From positions 1 to 35,965 of the forward strand of contig CBFGIV010000022.1 of the NCBI GenBank assembly GCA_965648915.1: 35,965 nt of DNA. Reading direction: 5' to 3'. Under the pieces are notes generated by a model. That model was not told the origin of the DNA and made no database searches. It saw nothing but the letters and a program-made list of their open reading frames with translations. Position numbers and translations under genes: made by a program. The stretch comes from a candidate division WOR-3 bacterium. GTDB lineage: Bacteria > Hydrothermota > Tepidihabitantia > SM23-42 > CAYGYG01. Positions 27,418 through 35,965 of the stretch are shown piece after piece (the stretch's first letter is position 1; the number at the start of each line of letters is the position of its first letter).

Positions 27418-29697
27418 ATGTATAAAAAACCTCTTAATTTCCGTCAGAGGGTCATTGACTATTACTTAAGCGGAGGCCATACCCTGCATCAGACTGCAGC
27501 CCGATTCGGGATCCATTACCAGACAGTATTCAAGTGGGTAAACCAGTACAAGAAGGATGGTGCGATTGGAGTTTATGACAATTTTAAACCGGTCTGGAAT
27601 CGGGCTACTTCAGAACTTGAGAATAAGATTGTTGCCATCAAAGAAAGGTGGCCAATGGTAACCATAAAGATTATCAGGGAGATTCTGGTCCGAGAGGGGT
27701 TCGGCCCTTCGTCGAAATGTATCGCCTCGGTATTGAGAAGATATGGATATGCAGGTTTTAAAAAAAGCAGGCTGAGCAGTGAATTTATTGACCATCTCCC
27801 CTGGTCTCAAGAAGCCCGGACCAAATACCAGACGGCATTGGTCTTTTTTAAGCAGGGCAGGGTAGATGAGTCAGTAGCCATCATAAATTCGATTCCTTCT
27901 TTACCGCGGAATGATTTATTGGCTGAACTGCCGGAACAGGACCTTAATATCAGGCGTCGGATTGAAAAGGCTTCCCTCACTTTTGGTAAACTTCCCTTAC
28001 CAGAATATTTAAGGTATGTGAAGAGGTTATATCGTGAGTGTATTGAGCGCGGGCTAAACTATTCGGCCTGCCGGATTGGAATAATCGAGACAATGGTTCT
28101 GGCCTGGAGCGGCCGGATCCGGCAACAGTTGAAAAAAATTAAAGAGTTAAAGAAGCTTATACAACTTTTGCCCGCAACGTTCGAGCCTCCCCGCCGCCGG
28201 ACCGGTCTGATCTTTGAACTCTATTTCCCGCTCTTGATCGGTGAAGGGATGGCCTGTGCTCATCTTTTAAGAGTGAGACGGGGTTTTAAGATTCTCAATG
28301 AGTGCCAGAGGCTTTTAACCGCCCAGAAGGTTCTATCGCCCTATTTAATGATTGATCTCGGGACATTATGTTCAAACCTTGAGGACTATGCCCGGGCTGA
28401 ATACTGGTTTCGCAAGGCCTATAATAAAGTTGACCGGAAACGAAGACAGCGGCTTAAGACCTATCTGGCTTACCATATCGGTTTTGCCCGCTGCGATCTG
28501 AGAAGAGGGCGGAGACTGTTACGCGCCAGTCAGGCATTAGACTGGGTTCGCAATCTCTGGAGATTACGATTTCAGTCCCTTTTTGCCCTGATCGAAGGTA
28601 ACCCGCTCAAGGCGATTTCATTTTCAATGGAGGCGCTTGCCCTGTCGAAAAAAGAAGAACTGCACCGCGATCTGTTCAATACCTATTTTACAATTGCCAG
28701 TGCTCAATCCAGTTTAGGTAACCAACAATCAGCCCGGCAATTACTATCACGCATCATTCCCCTGCTTATCAAAAATCAACTTGTCCGTCAGCTTACCATC
28801 AGCCGAATGTTACTGGAGCGTGACTTCACGCCTTCCCGGGACATCCTGCTATTACCAACAATCAGGGTTATTCACCGGTTGCGTGAAGGTCGGTTTCTTG
28901 AAGCATTCCGTCTGGCGCAAAGGAAAGGTAACCTTTCATATTTTTACCGGTGTCTCTTTTTCTACCCGGAAGCTGTCTTAAACCAGATCAACAGGGGGAG
29001 ATTGCACCATCTACCCCGGGCAATTTTAAGGTTGCCGGTCTTTAATGAAAAAGTTTCGACTTATAATATTAGATGTTTAGGTCCGGTTGAAATTTTTAAA
29101 AATCAGCAACCGCTCAAAGTTAAACTGACTCCCCGGGAGAGTGGTCTACTGATCCACCTGGCCTTGGTTGCCCCCGAGCCCCATCAGAAGATGTGCCTTG
29201 AGGACCTATATAAAAACTTCTGGTCGGAAAGTAAGAATCCTTCAAGGAATTTTTCCCACCTTCTGGTCAGGGTTAAAAAACTCATGCAGATACCGAAGCA
29301 CCTTTTAGAGGTGCGATTCATAAATGGCGCGAGATTTTTGGTCAATCGAGGGATATATTTTACAGTTGACTTAAACGAGTTTGAACAGAACCTGACCAGG
29401 GCCCGGGCTTTGGTGGAGATGGGGGAATGGTCATCGGCAATCGAGGAATATCGCCGGGCGTTTAGGTATCTGCGCGGTGAACCGTTGAAAAGAAACTTCG
29501 ATGCGTGGTCATTGAGTTTGAGAGAAAAGATTATTATGCGAACCGAAACCGAATTGCAGGATTTTGTTCGCCACTGCCGGATGAACGGGGATATCGAAAA
29601 TTTAATCAAAGTCACCCGGATCATCCAAAAACAGGGGAAGTGGTTAGATGTTAAAGATACCGGGATTGAAGAGGCTCTAAGTCAAATTAAGATTTAG
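27418..29697 (+). CDS. Putative transcriptional regulator: transposase-like N-terminal HTH pair + TPR-like helices + C-terminal SARP-like wHTH/BTAD
   Basis: N-terminal RQRVIDYYL...TAARFGIHYQTVFKWVNQYKKDG and IVAIKERWP...IASVLRRYG; central TPR-like DLGTLCSNLEDYARAEYWF; C-terminal IRCLGPVEI...LTPRE..LL..L...NFW and VDLNEF...RGEP...DAW. ATG 27418 preferred over GTG 27307 because TTGATC-17-TATAAT lies at 27380-27408. Confidence 0.7.
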   Translation: MYKKPLNFRQRVIDYYLSGGHTLHQTAARFGIHYQTVFKWVNQYKKDGAIGVYDNFKPVWNRATSELENKIVAIKERWPMVTIKIIREILVREGFGPSSKCIASVLRRYGYAGFKKSRLSSEFIDHLPWSQEARTKYQTALVFFKQGRVDESVAIINSIPSLPRNDLLAELPEQDLNIRRRIEKASLTFGKLPLPEYLRYVKRLYRECIERGLNYSACRIGIIETMVLAWSGRIRQQLKKIKELKKLIQLLPATFEPPRRRTGLIFELYFPLLIGEGMACAHLLRVRRGFKILNECQRLLTAQKVLSPYLMIDLGTLCSNLEDYARAEYWFRKAYNKVDRKRRQRLKTYLAYHIGFARCDLRRGRRLLRASQALDWVRNLWRLRFQSLFALIEGNPLKAISFSMEALALSKKEELHRDLFNTYFTIASAQSSLGNQQSARQLLSRIIPLLIKNQLVRQLTISRMLLERDFTPSRDILLLPTIRVIHRLREGRFLEAFRLAQRKGNLSYFYRCLFFYPEAVLNQINRGRLHHLPRAILRLPVFNEKVSTYNIRCLGPVEIFKNQQPLKVKLTPRESGLLIHLALVAPEPHQKMCLEDLYKNFWSESKNPSRNFSHLLVRVKKLMQIPKHLLEVRFINGARFLVNRGIYFTVDLNEFEQNLTRARALVEMGEWSSAIEEYRRAFRYLRGEPLKRNFDAWSLSLREKIIMRTETELQDFVRHCRMNGDIENLIKVTRIIQKQGKWLDVKDTGIEEALSQIKI

Positions 29698-29709
29698 GAA
29701 AGTTTGCTG

Positions 29710-29737
29710 TTGACAAAAGTTGATATATTGATATATT
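29710..29737 (+). promoter_or_regulatory. Promoter for the Rrf2 regulator
   Basis: TTGACA (29710-29715), 16 nt, TATATT (29732-29737); contains tandem TTGATATA x2. Confidence 0.5.
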
Positions 29738-29774
29738 GGTGATTGTTGTCTGAAAATCATAATCTTCACCAAAT

Positions 29775-30185
29775 ATGAGATTGACGACTAAGTGCAGGTA
29801 TGGTGCCAGATTTATGGTTGATCTCGCAATGAACAACCGCGATCAACCAGTTCCTTTAAGCAGAATAGTTAAAAGGCAGCATATTTCCAAGAAATATCTC
29901 GAACAGATTGTGATTCAACTTAAAAGAGGGAGATTGGTTAAGGCCATTCGCGGGGTAAAGGGTGGTTATCAACTTGCCCGACCGCCTTCCCGGATCAATA
30001 TGTATGATATCTTCAAATGTATCGAGAGCGAGATTTTTTTTGTAAAATGCCTGAAATATCCAGAATCCTGTCCTTTTGTCTCGAATTGCTCCACCAGGAA
30101 TGTCTGGCAGGAGATATCTGAACTGTTAAGGAACCGCCTCAAGGCCATTACCTTACAGGATCTTATCTCAAAAAGATCTCCATAA
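29775..30185 (+). CDS. Rrf2-family transcriptional regulator (IscR/CymR-like)
   Basis: MRLTTKCRYG, ISKKYLEQI, RGVKGGYQLAR; three Cys in CLKYPESCPFVSNC; upstream of cysK-cysE. Confidence 0.92.
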   Translation: MRLTTKCRYGARFMVDLAMNNRDQPVPLSRIVKRQHISKKYLEQIVIQLKRGRLVKAIRGVKGGYQLARPPSRINMYDIFKCIESEIFFVKCLKYPESCPFVSNCSTRNVWQEISELLRNRLKAITLQDLISKRSP

Positions 30186-30230
30186 TTACTCCCATTTCTG
30201 GAGTTTTATTCTACCTCCTTGAATTTACTC

Positions 30231-30530
30231 GTGCGTGGTCAATATTTGACCAATTCTTCTACCTGAGTGCGTTTATAGTATTTTCTTCTTTTCAATCTAC
30301 CTCCATAGTTTTTGACTCAAAGAGGAAATTTTAGGCTTGTGGGCTCATATTCGCCCGAACTCTATTAACCCATTAAAAACTGTGTCTCTTATTATAACCA
30401 GCGCTTAATTGTAGATTAGGTCGCCACCATAAGATTGCACCTTTCAGGAGCATGGTGGCTCAACTCATGCCCGTGGCTCAGATGAGCCCTTACTACGCCT
30501 AAAATTTATCTTGAATTACTGACCACGCAC
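30231..30530. mobile_element. 300-bp MITE / internally deleted IS with TIRs and a 7-bp flanking direct repeat
   Basis: TIR GTGCGTGGTCA (30231-30241) / TGACCACGCAC (30520-30530), extending to 16/19 matches. TTTACTC directly flanks both ends (30224-30230 and 30531-30537). Confidence 0.85.
30326..30507 (-). ncRNA. Candidate ~180-nt structured RNA inside the MITE
   Basis: Nested stems AAATTTTAGGC (30326-30336) / GCCTAAAATTT (30497-30507), GGGCTCAT (30341-30348) / ATGAGCCC (30482-30489), and hairpin GCCACCAT (30423-30430) / ATGGTGGC (30452-30459). A further stem needs G-U pairs that form only on the minus strand. Confidence 0.45.
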
Positions 30531-30538
30531 TTTACTCT

Positions 30539-30570
30539 ATAATTGACAAAACTATCAAATTATATATTAT
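30539..30570 (+). promoter_or_regulatory. cysK promoter with possible Rrf2 operator
   Basis: TTGACA (30543-30548), 16 nt, TATTAT (30565-30570); imperfect palindrome ATAATTGA-N8-TCAAATTAT (30539-30563). Confidence 0.55.
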
Positions 30571-30603
30571 CAGTAATAGTTTAGTTTATTTCGGGACAAT
30601 AAA

Positions 30604-31527
30604 ATGAAGGTTACAAGTGATATAACCGGATTGATCGGCAGGACACCGCTGGTGCGATTGAATAAGATTGCCAGCAGGTGTGATGCTACAATTGTTGCCA
30701 AACTCGAATATTTTAATCCATTGCAGAGTGTCAAGGACCGAATTGGCTATGCAATGATTAAAGCGGCAGAAGCACAGGGTCTGATAAATAAAGGGACGAT
30801 AATTATTGAACCGACCTCAGGCAACACAGGTATTGGCCTGGCTTTTGTCTGTGCGGCGAAAGGTTATCGTCTGATTTTGACAATGCCTGAATCGATGAGT
30901 CTCGAAAGAAGGAAGGTACTCAAGGCGCTGGGGGCAGAAATTGTCTTAACACCAGCCGCAGAGGGGATGGCAGGGGCAGTAGCAAAGGCCGCAGAACTGG
31001 CAAAGGCAGTCCCAAATTCTTTCATCCCCCAGCAGTTCAAAAATCCTGCCAATCCCGGGATTCATCGAAAAACCACTGCTCCGGAGATATGGAAAGATAC
31101 TGAAGGAAAAGTTGATGTATTAGTTGCTGGTGTTGGAACGGGTGGCACAATTACCGGGATCAGCGAAGCGATCAAATCAAGAAAACCGGGAGTCAAAACA
31201 GTTGCAGTTGAGCCTGCATCATCACCGGTTCTATCCGGTGGAAAACCAGGGGTGCATGGAATTCAGGGCATCGGTGCTGGCTTTGTTCCTGAAGTTTTGC
31301 GTCTCGACTTAATTGATGAAATAATTAGAGTAAGCGATGAAGATGCGATAAGAACAGCAAGAAGGCTTGCAAAAGAGGAGGGGATATTATGCGGAATCTC
31401 ATCTGGTGCGGTAGTTTGGGCAGCGATTGAAATTGCCCGGCGCAAGGAAAATAAGCATAAGATGATCGTGGTGATTTTGCCCGATACCGGTGAACGGTAT
31501 ATGAGTGCCGAATTATTCAAAGGCTAA
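30604..31527 (+). CDS. cysK: Cysteine synthase A
   Basis: [18 protein letters not shown] (PLP lysine), [39 protein letters not shown]. Confidence 0.97.
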   Translation: MKVTSDITGLIGRTPLVRLNKIASRCDATIVAKLEYFNPLQSVKDRIGYAMIKAAEAQGLINKGTIIIEPTSGNTGIGLAFVCAAKGYRLILTMPESMSLERRKVLKALGAEIVLTPAAEGMAGAVAKAAELAKAVPNSFIPQQFKNPANPGIHRKTTAPEIWKDTEGKVDVLVAGVGTGGTITGISEAIKSRKPGVKTVAVEPASSPVLSGGKPGVHGIQGIGAGFVPEVLRLDLIDEIIRVSDEDAIRTARRLAKEEGILCGISSGAVVWAAIEIARRKENKHKMIVVILPDTGERYMSAELFKG

Positions 31528-31528
31528 G

Positions 31529-32191
31529 ATGTTTAAGCGAATTAAAGAGGATATCGAGACGGTCTTTGTCAGGGACCCCGCAGCGAGGAATGTGATTGAG
31601 GTTATTTTCTGTTATCCAGGACTACATGCGATATGGCTCCATCGAATTGCCCATTTTTTGTGGCATCGAGGGCTAAAATTTCTTGCCCGTCTGATTTCCC
31701 ATATCAGTCGTCTCCTGACCGGGATTGAGATTCATCCGGGAGCCAGGATCGGGCGAAGGTTTTTTATCGACCATGGGGCGGGTGTGGTTATCGGTGAAAC
31801 GACCGAGATCGGGGATGATGTCTTAATGTATCAGGGGGTTACACTGGGTGGGACATCCCTGGAGAGAAAAAAACGCCATCCGACGATTGGCAATAATGTT
31901 GAGATTGGTGCGGGTGCCATTCTCCTTGGTCCAATCAGGGTTGGTGATAATGCCCGTATTGCCGCCGGGTCGGTGGTTGTTAAAGATGTTCCAAACAATG
32001 CAACGGTGATTGGTGTCCCGGGCCGCATCGGCCTCGGTTTTACGATGGATGAAATCAGAAGATTGGAACATGGTAAATTACCCGACCCGATCTCTGATGC
32101 CCTCCAGTTTGTAATGAAACAGCAGGCTAACCTCCTTGACCGAATTGTTAATCTGGAGAATATTTTGCGAAGATATCGAGGGGGTAAATGA
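31529..32191 (+). CDS. cysE: Serine O-acetyltransferase
   Basis: [41 protein letters not shown] 31529. Confidence 0.96.
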   Translation: MFKRIKEDIETVFVRDPAARNVIEVIFCYPGLHAIWLHRIAHFLWHRGLKFLARLISHISRLLTGIEIHPGARIGRRFFIDHGAGVVIGETTEIGDDVLMYQGVTLGGTSLERKKRHPTIGNNVEIGAGAILLGPIRVGDNARIAAGSVVVKDVPNNATVIGVPGRIGLGFTMDEIRRLEHGKLPDPISDALQFVMKQQANLLDRIVNLENILRRYRGGK

Positions 32192-32206
32192 ATTTATTTT
32201 TTGTTA

Positions 32207-33769
32207 TTATGAAAAAAGCCTTTTGACCAGGATTTTTACTTCATCCAGTCCCATCACCCGGGTAAGGAGATAGAGGACCAGGAGTGATAAAAGTCCACCG
32301 CTCAGGACTTCAAAGATTCGCGGACCAAGAGTCAAACCGATCATCTTTTCTAAGAAAAAGACATAGATAAACCCGCACAGACCAGCAGGTAGAGAAATGG
32401 CTGTAATCAGGAAAAAACTGCGGGTGAGAAGGGCGAGGTCAAGTCCGGCCTTCTTGAATTTAATTGCATAAAGGAGGATGATTAAGTTGCTGACCGTTGC
32501 TACTGTGAACGCAAGGGGGAAGGCACGAAATTCCAATCGACCCATCAACAGGATGTTGAGGATGATGTTCAAAACCACCGAAGCCAGACTGGCATACATC
32601 GGTGTTCGGGCATCGCGCATTGAATAGAAGAGGGCGGCGACAACCTTGATGGCTGAGGCAAAAGGAATTGAGAGGATATAGAGGAGCAGGGCCTGGGCAA
32701 CATAGGCGGTGTCTGATTCGGTAAATCGACCCCACTGGTAGATCAACCTCGATACCGGTGTTGCGAGGAAAGCAATGATTACAGTGATTGGTATCGTCAG
32801 AAGAAAGACAAGTTTCATAGATTCATTTAAGGTCGTTCTGACTTCGTCCATCTTTCCCTCGGTGACTTTTTGTGTCAGTGCAGGCAAAGCAACACTGCCT
32901 ACGGCAACTCCGAAGAGTCCTAATGGTAACTGCATAATTCTATATGCATAGTTTAACCAGGATAGACTCCCTTCAGTCGGTAAGAAGGAGATCAGAAGGA
33001 GATTAACCAGAAAATTTATGCGTGAACCGGCCAGGCCGAGTGAGATCGGGAGATATAACTTAAGGATCTTCTTAATCCCCGGATCTTTAAAGTTTAAGTA
33101 GATCGAATACTTAAACCCCTGCTTGATCAATGAGGGCAACTGAATCAAAAATTGGAAAAGCCCCCCTATGGTTACACCAACCGCAACACCGATGATTGGG
33201 TCATACCCCTGAGCCACTAAAAGTCCATATGAAACAATTGGTACCACAATCGAAAAGATATTGAAAAATGCCGGCGCCACCGCCGGCAGAAAGAAATTAT
33301 TAAAGGTGTTAAGAATCCCCATTGCCCAGGCCGCCAGGGCGATGAAGAGAAGAAAAGGGAACATTATCCTGGTCAAAAATGCGGTCAGGGCAATCTTATC
33401 AGGAACCCTCTCAAAACCCATAGCCAGAATCTGTGTGATTGGATTTGAGAAGATCATCCCCAAAGCGACCAACAGGCCAACAGTTAAACATATTAAATTA
33501 AATATATTGCTTGCGAGGCGGAATGCCTCTTCCTTGCCCCGGGTTATTAAAGTTTCCGAGAAGGTTGGAATGAAGGCAGCGGATAAGCCACTCTCGGCAA
33601 AGAGATCACGCAGGGTGTTGGGGATCCTGAAGGCAGCATTGAAGGCATCAGTTGCAAAACCAGCCCCAAAGAGATAGGCAATTACCTGATCCCGCACCAG
33701 GCCGAGAATACGGCTGATCATCGTTCCGATCGTAAAGGAACGAACCCGATGGGTTAAATCTTCAGGCAT
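32207..33769 (-). CDS. murJ: Lipid II flippase MurJ (MviN)
   Basis: SRILGLVRD, DAFNAAFRIPN..R.LFAE, AFIP, YAYRIMQLPLG, GRF; many TM helices. Confidence 0.95.
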   Translation of the reverse strand: MPEDLTHRVRSFTIGTMISRILGLVRDQVIAYLFGAGFATDAFNAAFRIPNTLRDLFAESGLSAAFIPTFSETLITRGKEEAFRLASNIFNLICLTVGLLVALGMIFSNPITQILAMGFERVPDKIALTAFLTRIMFPFLLFIALAAWAMGILNTFNNFFLPAVAPAFFNIFSIVVPIVSYGLLVAQGYDPIIGVAVGVTIGGLFQFLIQLPSLIKQGFKYSIYLNFKDPGIKKILKLYLPISLGLAGSRINFLVNLLLISFLPTEGSLSWLNYAYRIMQLPLGLFGVAVGSVALPALTQKVTEGKMDEVRTTLNESMKLVFLLTIPITVIIAFLATPVSRLIYQWGRFTESDTAYVAQALLLYILSIPFASAIKVVAALFYSMRDARTPMYASLASVVLNIILNILLMGRLEFRAFPLAFTVATVSNLIILLYAIKFKKAGLDLALLTRSFFLITAISLPAGLCGFIYVFFLEKMIGLTLGPRIFEVLSGGLLSLLVLYLLTRVMGLDEVKILVKRLFS

Positions 33770-33801
33770 AGAAAGGTTTCAAGATATGGATCTGACTCCG
33801 G

Positions 33802-35808
33802 TCAGGCAGAGATGACTCGATTTTTACCAAGGTTCTTGGCACGATACATGGCGGTATCGGCATTCTGTATCAGTTTATCTGCAGTCAGCCCCCGGCTGGG
33901 ACAGGTCGCAAGCCCGGCGGATATTGTGATCCTTACCGGTCCAATCTTACTCAATTTTAACGGTGTCTGTTCAATTAGGGCGCGGAGTCTTTCTATGACT
34001 TTTAATGAGGCAAAATTATCAGTCTCCGGAAGCACCAGGACAAATTCTTCTCCACCATAACGGGCAACAAAGTCTGTATCCCGGATATTATTCTTTATCA
34101 TCTGAGCGATGTGGATGAGCATCTTATCACCGATCGGGTGGCCATAACGATCATTGAACTGCTTAAAATTATCAAGGTCAATCATTGCTACTGTAATTGG
34201 CCGGGAGTAACTTCTGGCTTTTTTTAATTCACGATCGATAACCAGATCAAAGTGGCGCCGATTGGGGATTCTGGTCAGACTGTCGGTAAGGGAGAGGGAT
34301 TTGGTTTCATCGAAAAGTCGGGCATTTTCAATGGCAATCGCTGCCTGGGAGGCAAAGATTTCAAATGTTTTTAAATCATCTTCAGTGAAGGCGTTCAGTT
34401 TTTCGCTCTCGATATCCAGAACACCAATGACCTCACCCTTTATCTTCAATGGGACGGTTGCCTCGGACCGGATGCTCTTCTTCCAGCAGGCATAGAAGGG
34501 AACCTTGGAGACATCTGGTGCATAAAAGGATTTGCCGGTAGCGGCTACATACCCGGTAATACCTTCACGCCTTTTAATGCTAAGTCTTGCCTCTTTCCAG
34601 AATTTTATTGGATAACCATTGGCGGCTTTTATGTAAAGTTCGTCTCTTTTCTTATCGATCAGCAGGATTGCACAGTTGGCATAGCCAAAGGTATCACGGA
34701 TTACTTTGAGGATCTGATTCAGGACCGTATCAAGATTGAGGGTTGAAACTAGGGATTTGGCAATCCGGAAAGAGACGCTGAGTTCCTTGGCATGGTTGAT
34801 AGCGTCTTGATAGAGGAGGGCATTATGGATTGCAACACTGAGGCGATCGGCAATAAGTTCGAGCACCCTTACTGTTTCCGGGTTGAAGGCATTTAATTCG
34901 TTGCACTGAATATCGAGGACCCCGATCGTCTTGCCTGAAATCTTGAGGGGAATGGCGATTTCGGATTTTGTTGTCGTCTGGCCAAAGGCGAGAAAATATT
35001 GACACTTTGAAACATTATTGGCAACAAAGGTTTCCCCGATTTCAACCGCATGGCCAACGATTCCCTGTCCTGTTTTTAACTTCAGGTCTTTCGGTACCTC
35101 GGCCTTGAAACCGGAAGAGAGTTTTTTCAAGACGATCTGATTGCCTTCAAGTAAGAAGCAGGCAACATTAAATTTTCTGAAGTTTTCAAGAATTGATTTT
35201 GTCACATTCTCACAGATGACATCGATGTTCAAACTTTTGGTCAAACGGTGGGCAATCTGATTCATAAGTTTCAATTCCCGTGCACGTTTGATCTGAGCAT
35301 CGATCAGTTTTGTATTGGCAACCACAACTGCGGCCCGGGTGGCAAGGGTGAGAAGAAAATTTTCGTCTTCGCTGGTATAGACATTCTCCCGTTTATAATC
35401 CTGAATCGTTATTACCCCCTCAACATTATTTTTATAGACCATCGGGACACCAAGCCAGCTTAAAGCCATTTTACCGAATGGTTTGATGCCAAGACGCCGG
35501 CATTGCTCGAGTAAATTCTGGTTGATTCGTAAAGGTTTTTTGGTCCGGATAACATATTCGGTCATCCCCTTGGAGAGAGTGCGGGGCGGGACAAAAATCT
35601 CTTTGCCGTTAATGGTGTAGATTTCGAAACTGATGGTATTGGTCTCAGGGTGGTAGATAGCAATATAAAAGTTTTTAGTGTCGATGACTTTGCTGATTTC
35701 AATAAATATTTTCCTTATCACCCTGGGCAAATCATACGATGATCCTAAGATAGTATCAAGGCGATGGAAGAGTTTTAGTTGTTCGGTTTCACTTAAATCT
35801 TTTATCAC
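33802..35808 (-). CDS. Diguanylate cyclase with three GAF domains
   Basis: Three GAF repeats; DSLTRIPNRR, DLDNFK..ND.YGH..GD, RDTD I-site, intact RYGGEEF, AD.AMY.AK..GKN. Confidence 0.93.
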   Translation of the reverse strand: MIKDLSETEQLKLFHRLDTILGSSYDLPRVIRKIFIEISKVIDTKNFYIAIYHPETNTISFEIYTINGKEIFVPPRTLSKGMTEYVIRTKKPLRINQNLLEQCRRLGIKPFGKMALSWLGVPMVYKNNVEGVITIQDYKRENVYTSEDENFLLTLATRAAVVVANTKLIDAQIKRARELKLMNQIAHRLTKSLNIDVICENVTKSILENFRKFNVACFLLEGNQIVLKKLSSGFKAEVPKDLKLKTGQGIVGHAVEIGETFVANNVSKCQYFLAFGQTTTKSEIAIPLKISGKTIGVLDIQCNELNAFNPETVRVLELIADRLSVAIHNALLYQDAINHAKELSVSFRIAKSLVSTLNLDTVLNQILKVIRDTFGYANCAILLIDKKRDELYIKAANGYPIKFWKEARLSIKRREGITGYVAATGKSFYAPDVSKVPFYACWKKSIRSEATVPLKIKGEVIGVLDIESEKLNAFTEDDLKTFEIFASQAAIAIENARLFDETKSLSLTDSLTRIPNRRHFDLVIDRELKKARSYSRPITVAMIDLDNFKQFNDRYGHPIGDKMLIHIAQMIKNNIRDTDFVARYGGEEFVLVLPETDNFASLKVIERLRALIEQTPLKLSKIGPVRITISAGLATCPSRGLTADKLIQNADTAMYRAKNLGKNRVISA

Positions 35809-35814
35809 CCTTAA

Positions 35815-35842
35815 AATATATTTACCAAATTGAATCTGTCAA
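35815..35842 (-). promoter_or_regulatory. Promoter for the diguanylate cyclase, probably leaderless
   Basis: TTGACA (35842-35837), 16 nt, TATATT (35820-35815), 6 nt, GTG 35808. Confidence 0.55.
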
Positions 35843-35923
35843 GGGGGTTGTTAACTGAGTCCTCTCCACTTTTCCTTTTGATTTTTTAGGAATTTTAAGG
35901 TATGATGAGGCAAGGAGGAAGAT

Positions 35924-35965
35924 ATGCAAAAACTAAAAATAGGCCTTACCCCACCATACCCATTA
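35924..35965 (+). CDS. 5' end of a CDS running off the window (MQKLKIGLTPPYPL...)
   Basis: AAGGAGG SD before ATG 35924; TTGATT-17-TATGAT at 35878-35906. Confidence 0.6.
   Translation, partial: MQKLKIGLTPPYPL

Noticed and set aside
27307..27750. Active IS transposase at the start of the 796-aa ORF
   Set aside because: Only HTH domains; no recognisable DDE core, TIRs or target duplication.
30210..30304. Repeated TCTACCT(CC) at 30210, 30258 and 30296 as a mini-CRISPR or CsrA-type repeat
   Set aside because: Only 7-9 bp, unevenly spaced, no cas genes. One copy is simply the SD of the vestigial ORF, and one lies outside the MITE.
30326..30507. 6S RNA call for the ~180-nt rod-like structure
   Set aside because: The size fits, but the inner hairpin is asymmetric and the region lies within TIRs and a target duplication. 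Not called without an Rfam search.
30231..30530. Group II intron (GTGCG start, GAAA-containing hairpin) or retron ncRNA
   Set aside because: GTGCG is part of the TIR, the hairpin does not fit the domain V consensus, and there is no reverse transcriptase in the window.
1486..35463. Many 60-190 aa antisense or alternate-frame ORFs (e.g. 12660-13220, 21668-22213, 24978-25478)
   Set aside because: They lie within well-supported genes and show no recognisable motifs; treated as shadow ORFs.
1..35965. tRNA, rRNA, tmRNA, CRISPR arrays or known riboswitches
   Set aside because: No recognisable signatures found by eye in the intergenic regions; an Infernal or tRNAscan search would be needed to confirm absence.

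Overview
Bacterial chromosomal window that is mostly core/housekeeping genes. The gene content (Bacteroidota-like C-terminal sorting domains, orphan GlmL, MglA, long RtcB) suggests an FCB-associated candidate lineage such as WOR-3; this is inference only. In order: the right end of an IS256-family element; a signalling cluster (DarA/PstA-like PII protein, degenerate GGDEF-STAND-TPR protein, SDR, PAS/GAF kinase with a NarL-family regulator, then a candidate small RNA); a DegT aminotransferase; a minus-strand repair cluster (recJ-like, mglA, rtcB, uvrC, ogt, MBL hydrolase); a gcvPB-GlmL operon; pilC and a PilS-like kinase; two secreted proteins divergent from a transposase-HTH/TPR/SARP-like regulator; rrf2-cysK-cysE interrupted by a 300-bp MITE; murJ; and a 3xGAF diguanylate cyclase. 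The most notable items not explained by the ORF track are: (1) the 300-bp MITE with TIRs and a 7-bp target duplication that carries a ~180-nt highly base-paired RNA-like region; (2) a possible -1 frameshift fusing UvrC to Ogt; (3) an MglA with Gln in place of its arginine finger; (4) the putative two-component-activated sRNA; (5) recurrent 16-bp-spacer and leaderless promoters.
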